Of a stretch of 10,853 nucleotides of DNA, positions 8,230 through 10,853 are shown piece by piece (position 1 is the first letter of the stretch; each line of letters starts with the position of its first letter). Both the position numbers and the translations under genes were made by a program. The notes under the pieces were generated by a model. The model was not told the DNA's origin and made no database searches. It worked only from the letters and a program-made list of their open reading frames with translations. Source of the DNA: Fusobacteriota bacterium. Lineage in GTDB: Bacteria; Fusobacteriota; Fusobacteriia; Fusobacteriales; JBNJFI01. The stretch is from NCBI GenBank assembly GCA_051746725.1, contig JBNJFI010000070.1, positions 1 to 10,853 on the forward strand, written 5' to 3'.

Positions 8230-8818
8230 AAAATATTATAAGACTTTCATAAAAGGAATATTTAAAGAAAATCCAGTTTTTGTATTATTATTAGGACTTT
8301 GTCCAACTCTAGGAGTAACTTCTTCAGCGATAAATGGTTTAGCCATGGGACTGGCAACTTTAGCTGTAATTGTTTTTTCAAATACAATAATATCAATATT
8401 AAGAAAACTAATACCGGAAAAAGTTAGAATACCTGCATATATAATGATTATAGCTGGACTAGTTACAATTGTAGATATGACAATGAATGCATATTTACCA
8501 TCACTATATAAGGTTTTGGGATTATTCATTCCTCTAATAGTAGTAAACTGTGTTATATTGGGGAGGGCAGAATCATTTGCTTCTAAAAATGGAGTGGTTT
8601 TATCTTTTTTGGATGGACTAGGTATAGGAATAGGATTTACTCTATCTTTGGTTTTATTGGGGAGTGTCAGAGAAATATTAGGAAATGGAACTCTATTTAA
8701 TGTGGCTTTATTTGGAGAGAGTTTTAAACCGGCGATTATATTTATACTTCCTCCTGGAGCTTTTTTGACAATAGGATTTATAATAGCGACAATTAATAAA
8801 ATTAAAAGTAGAAATTAA
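8222..8818 (+). CDS. rnfE: Rnf complex subunit E
   Basis: 'ENPVFVLLLGLCPTL', 'RIPAYIMIIA', 'LFIPLIVVNC', 'REILG' and 'LPPGAF'. Overlaps rnfG by 8 nt. Confidence 0.97.
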   Translation: MSKKYYKTFIKGIFKENPVFVLLLGLCPTLGVTSSAINGLAMGLATLAVIVFSNTIISILRKLIPEKVRIPAYIMIIAGLVTIVDMTMNAYLPSLYKVLGLFIPLIVVNCVILGRAESFASKNGVVLSFLDGLGIGIGFTLSLVLLGSVREILGNGTLFNVALFGESFKPAIIFILPPGAFLTIGFIIATINKIKSRN

Positions 8819-8838
8819 AATAAAATGGAGGTGTCAAA

Positions 8839-9423
8839 ATGGATTTAGGAGTATTATTTAGTATAATAATAACGTCAATTTTTATAAATAACATAGTTTT
8901 AATGCAATTTTTAGGATTATGTCCTTTTATGGGGGTTTCAAAAAAGATAGAATCTTCCATTGGAATGGGTATGGCAGTTACTTTTGTAATGACAATTGCA
9001 TCGGCTATAACTTGGATAATATATAATTATCTATTGATTCCCTATAATTTAGAATATTTACAAATAATATCATTTATTTTAGTAATAGCCTCTTTAGTAC
9101 AGTTTGTAGAGATGGTAATTCAAAAAAGTAGTCCTAATTTATATAAAGCGTTAGGGGTATTTTTACCTCTTATAACTACTAATTGTGCTGTATTGGGAAT
9201 AGCAATATTAAATATACAGAGAGAATATAATTTTATTCAAACTGTAATAAGTGGATTTGCAACAGCTATAGGATTTGCCTTAGCTCTATTAATATTAGCT
9301 GGAATTAGAGAAAGAATACAATACTCAGATGTACCAAAGGCATTTAAAGGAGTGGCAATTGCCTTTATAAGTGCAGGTCTTTTGGCAATGGCATTTATGG
9401 GATTTAGTGGTATGAGTATTTAA
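8839..9423 (+). CDS. rnfA: Rnf complex subunit A
   Basis: 'NNIVLMQFLGLCPFMGVS', 'LVQFVEM', 'LPLITTNCAVLG' and 'AFMGFSG'. GGAGG RBS upstream. Confidence 0.97.
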   Translation: MDLGVLFSIIITSIFINNIVLMQFLGLCPFMGVSKKIESSIGMGMAVTFVMTIASAITWIIYNYLLIPYNLEYLQIISFILVIASLVQFVEMVIQKSSPNLYKALGVFLPLITTNCAVLGIAILNIQREYNFIQTVISGFATAIGFALALLILAGIRERIQYSDVPKAFKGVAIAFISAGLLAMAFMGFSGMSI

Positions 9424-9444
9424 TAAAATTTTGGAGGTGTATCA

Positions 9445-10620
9445 ATGGAAATAACTATTCCAGTAGTAATAATGGGGATATTGAGTTTTAGTGTAGGAGC
9501 TTTTTTGGCATATTTTTCAAAAAAGTTAGAGGTAAAAAAAGATCCAAAAGTAGAAAATATAAATGATATTTTGCCAGGTGTTAATTGTGGAGCTTGTGGA
9601 TATCCTGGATGTTCAGGATATGCAGCAGCTTTAGTTAATGAAGATGAAGATATAAATTTATGTGCTCCAGGAGGTAAGGAAGTAAAACAAAAAATAGAAG
9701 ATATTTTATCTGGAGAAATTGGAGATGAAATAGAAGAGGTCAAAGAGGCACTTCCTGGACTAGATTGTGGAGCTTGTGGTTATCCAGGGTGTTCTGAGTA
9801 TGCCAAGGCATTAGTAGAAGATGATGAAGATATGAATTTATGTAATCCTGGTGGTGAAGAAGTTACAAAAAAGGTTGGAGAAATATTAGGAGAAGAAGCC
9901 GGGGAAACTATTATCAAAAAAGCTAGAGTAATGTGTAATGGAGGAAATGATAAGGCTAAACAAAAATATGAGACTAGCTTTGAATATAAAACATGTGCTT
10001 CTGACAATATTCATTTTGGCGGGCGAAAAAGTTGTTCATATGGATGTTTAGGTTATGGAGATTGTGTTAAAGTCTGTCCAGCAGATGCAATAAAAATAAA
10101 TAATAAAGGGATAGCAAAGATAGATGAGTCAAAATGTATTAGTTGTGGAAAATGTGTAACAGAATGTCCTAAAGATATTATAGATCTAGTTCCTGAAGAC
10201 AAAAAAGTTTCTGTATATTGTAAATCTTATGATATAGCAAAAGTTTCCAAGGAAAAATGCGAAGTATCATGCATTGGATGTGGAATATGCGAAAGAAATT
10301 GTCCCTTTGATGCAATTTATGTTAAGGATGGATTAGCTAAAATTGATTATTCAAAATGTACTAATTGTGGAATATGTGAATTAAAATGTCCAACTAATGC
10401 TATAGTTAGTGATATTAAGGAAAAAAAAGTAGCTATAATAGATGAAGAAACCTGTGTAGGTTGTACAATCTGTAAGAAAATTTGTCCAGTTGATGCCATA
10501 GAAGGTGAAATAAAACAAAAACATAAAATAGACCCTGAAAAATGCGTGGGTTGTGAGGAATGTGTTGAAAAATGTCCAACTAACGCTATAGAGATGAAAT
10601 CAGAAATTATCAAAAAATAA
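9445..10620 (+). CDS. rnfB: Rnf complex subunit B (polyferredoxin) with a duplicated N-terminal Fe-S domain
   Basis: N-terminal TM, two copies of 'LPGxxCGACGYPGC-x16-C', then 'CSYGCLGYGDCVKVCP' and five further CxxCxxCxxxCP motifs. 36 Cys counted. Confidence 0.96.
   Translation: MEITIPVVIMGILSFSVGAFLAYFSKKLEVKKDPKVENINDILPGVNCGACGYPGCSGYAAALVNEDEDINLCAPGGKEVKQKIEDILSGEIGDEIEEVKEALPGLDCGACGYPGCSEYAKALVEDDEDMNLCNPGGEEVTKKVGEILGEEAGETIIKKARVMCNGGNDKAKQKYETSFEYKTCASDNIHFGGRKSCSYGCLGYGDCVKVCPADAIKINNKGIAKIDESKCISCGKCVTECPKDIIDLVPEDKKVSVYCKSYDIAKVSKEKCEVSCIGCGICERNCPFDAIYVKDGLAKIDYSKCTNCGICELKCPTNAIVSDIKEKKVAIIDEETCVGCTICKKICPVDAIEGEIKQKHKIDPEKCVGCEECVEKCPTNAIEMKSEIIKK
9571..9888 (+). repeat. Intragenic tandem duplication in rnfB, period 180 nt (60 aa)
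   Basis: 9571-9708 versus 9751-9888, counted by hand: 100/138 nt and 32/46 aa identical, ungapped. Confidence 0.95.
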
Positions 10621-10654
10621 AAAAACCCCGAGTCGGGGTTTTTTTATTTTTTGA
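10610..10654. terminator. Strong, potentially bidirectional intrinsic terminator after rnfB
   Basis: Perfect inverted repeat TCAAAAAATAAAAAAACCCCGA-G-TCGGGGTTTTTTTATTTTTTGA. The CCCCG/CGGGG core is flanked by A7 and T7, and the left arm includes the rnfB stop. Confidence 0.92.
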
Positions 10655-10753
10655 ATATTGAAGATACCACTCCTAAAAAAGCTTAATTACTAATCTTTTG
10701 ACTTATTATACGGAAAAAAAGCAACCAGAATGCTTATTAAAATAAGCTCCTAA

Positions 10754-10853
10754 ATAAGAGAAGAAGGATATCCAAATGTATTCTATGCTGATTATTATGG
10801 AGCTAGTTATACAGATAAAGGATATGATGTAAACTTAGCACCTGTTGAAAATT
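10754..10853 (+). pseudogene. Start-less internal fragment resembling a GH13 alpha-amylase (AmyA/liquefying type), running off the window
   Basis: The frame from 10754 reads IREEGYPNVFYADYYGASYTDKGYDVNLAPVEN, which resembles the conserved 'R.EGYP.VFY.DYYG' segment of GH13_5 amylases (recognised from memory). An in-frame TAA at 10751-10753 precedes it, and there is no ATG/GTG/TTG in frame. Confidence 0.7.

Noticed and set aside
10135..10590. Repeated CxxCxxCxxxCP units in the rnfB 3' half as a novel repeat
   Set aside because: This is the ordinary polyferredoxin architecture of long RnfB proteins.
6685..10613. - strand ORFs at 6685-7245, 8236-8529, 9420-9743, 9780-10007 and 10347-10613
   Set aside because: They are antisense to rnf genes. 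The similarity between 9420-9743 and 9780-10007 simply mirrors the rnfB duplication.
10644..10670. Tiny - strand ORF GTG-GTA-TCT-TCA-ATA-TTC-AAA-AAA-TAA
   Set aside because: It has only 8 codons and the GTG overlaps the putative RBS, so there is no support for translation.
1..10853. CRISPR array, tRNA/rRNA, transposase, defence or toxin genes
   Set aside because: No spaced repeats or RNA-gene signatures were seen, and nearly all the sequence is accounted for by recognisable transport and metabolic genes.

Overview
AT-rich bacterial window, all genes on the + strand, in three blocks. (1) A CUT1 maltose/maltodextrin-type ABC importer in the order ATPase (3' end only), MalF-like permease, enlarged 623-aa MalG-like permease, MalE-like binding protein, closed by an intrinsic terminator. 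(2) pth with a near-consensus sigma70 promoter, followed by a complete rnfCDGEAB operon and a strong palindromic terminator. (3) At the right edge, a start-less fragment resembling a GH13 alpha-amylase. The most notable oddities are an RnfB with a tandem-duplicated N-terminal Fe-S domain (36 Cys, room for up to 9 clusters) and a MalG carrying a sensor-like TM-extracytoplasmic-TM module plus a second loop insertion. The binding protein has a non-lipoprotein signal peptide, which suggests a low-GC diderm anaerobe (Fusobacteriota-like; inference). I found no CRISPR array, RNA gene or intact mobile element. The region is mostly known metabolism, so any novelty lies in domain architecture rather than a new multi-gene system.
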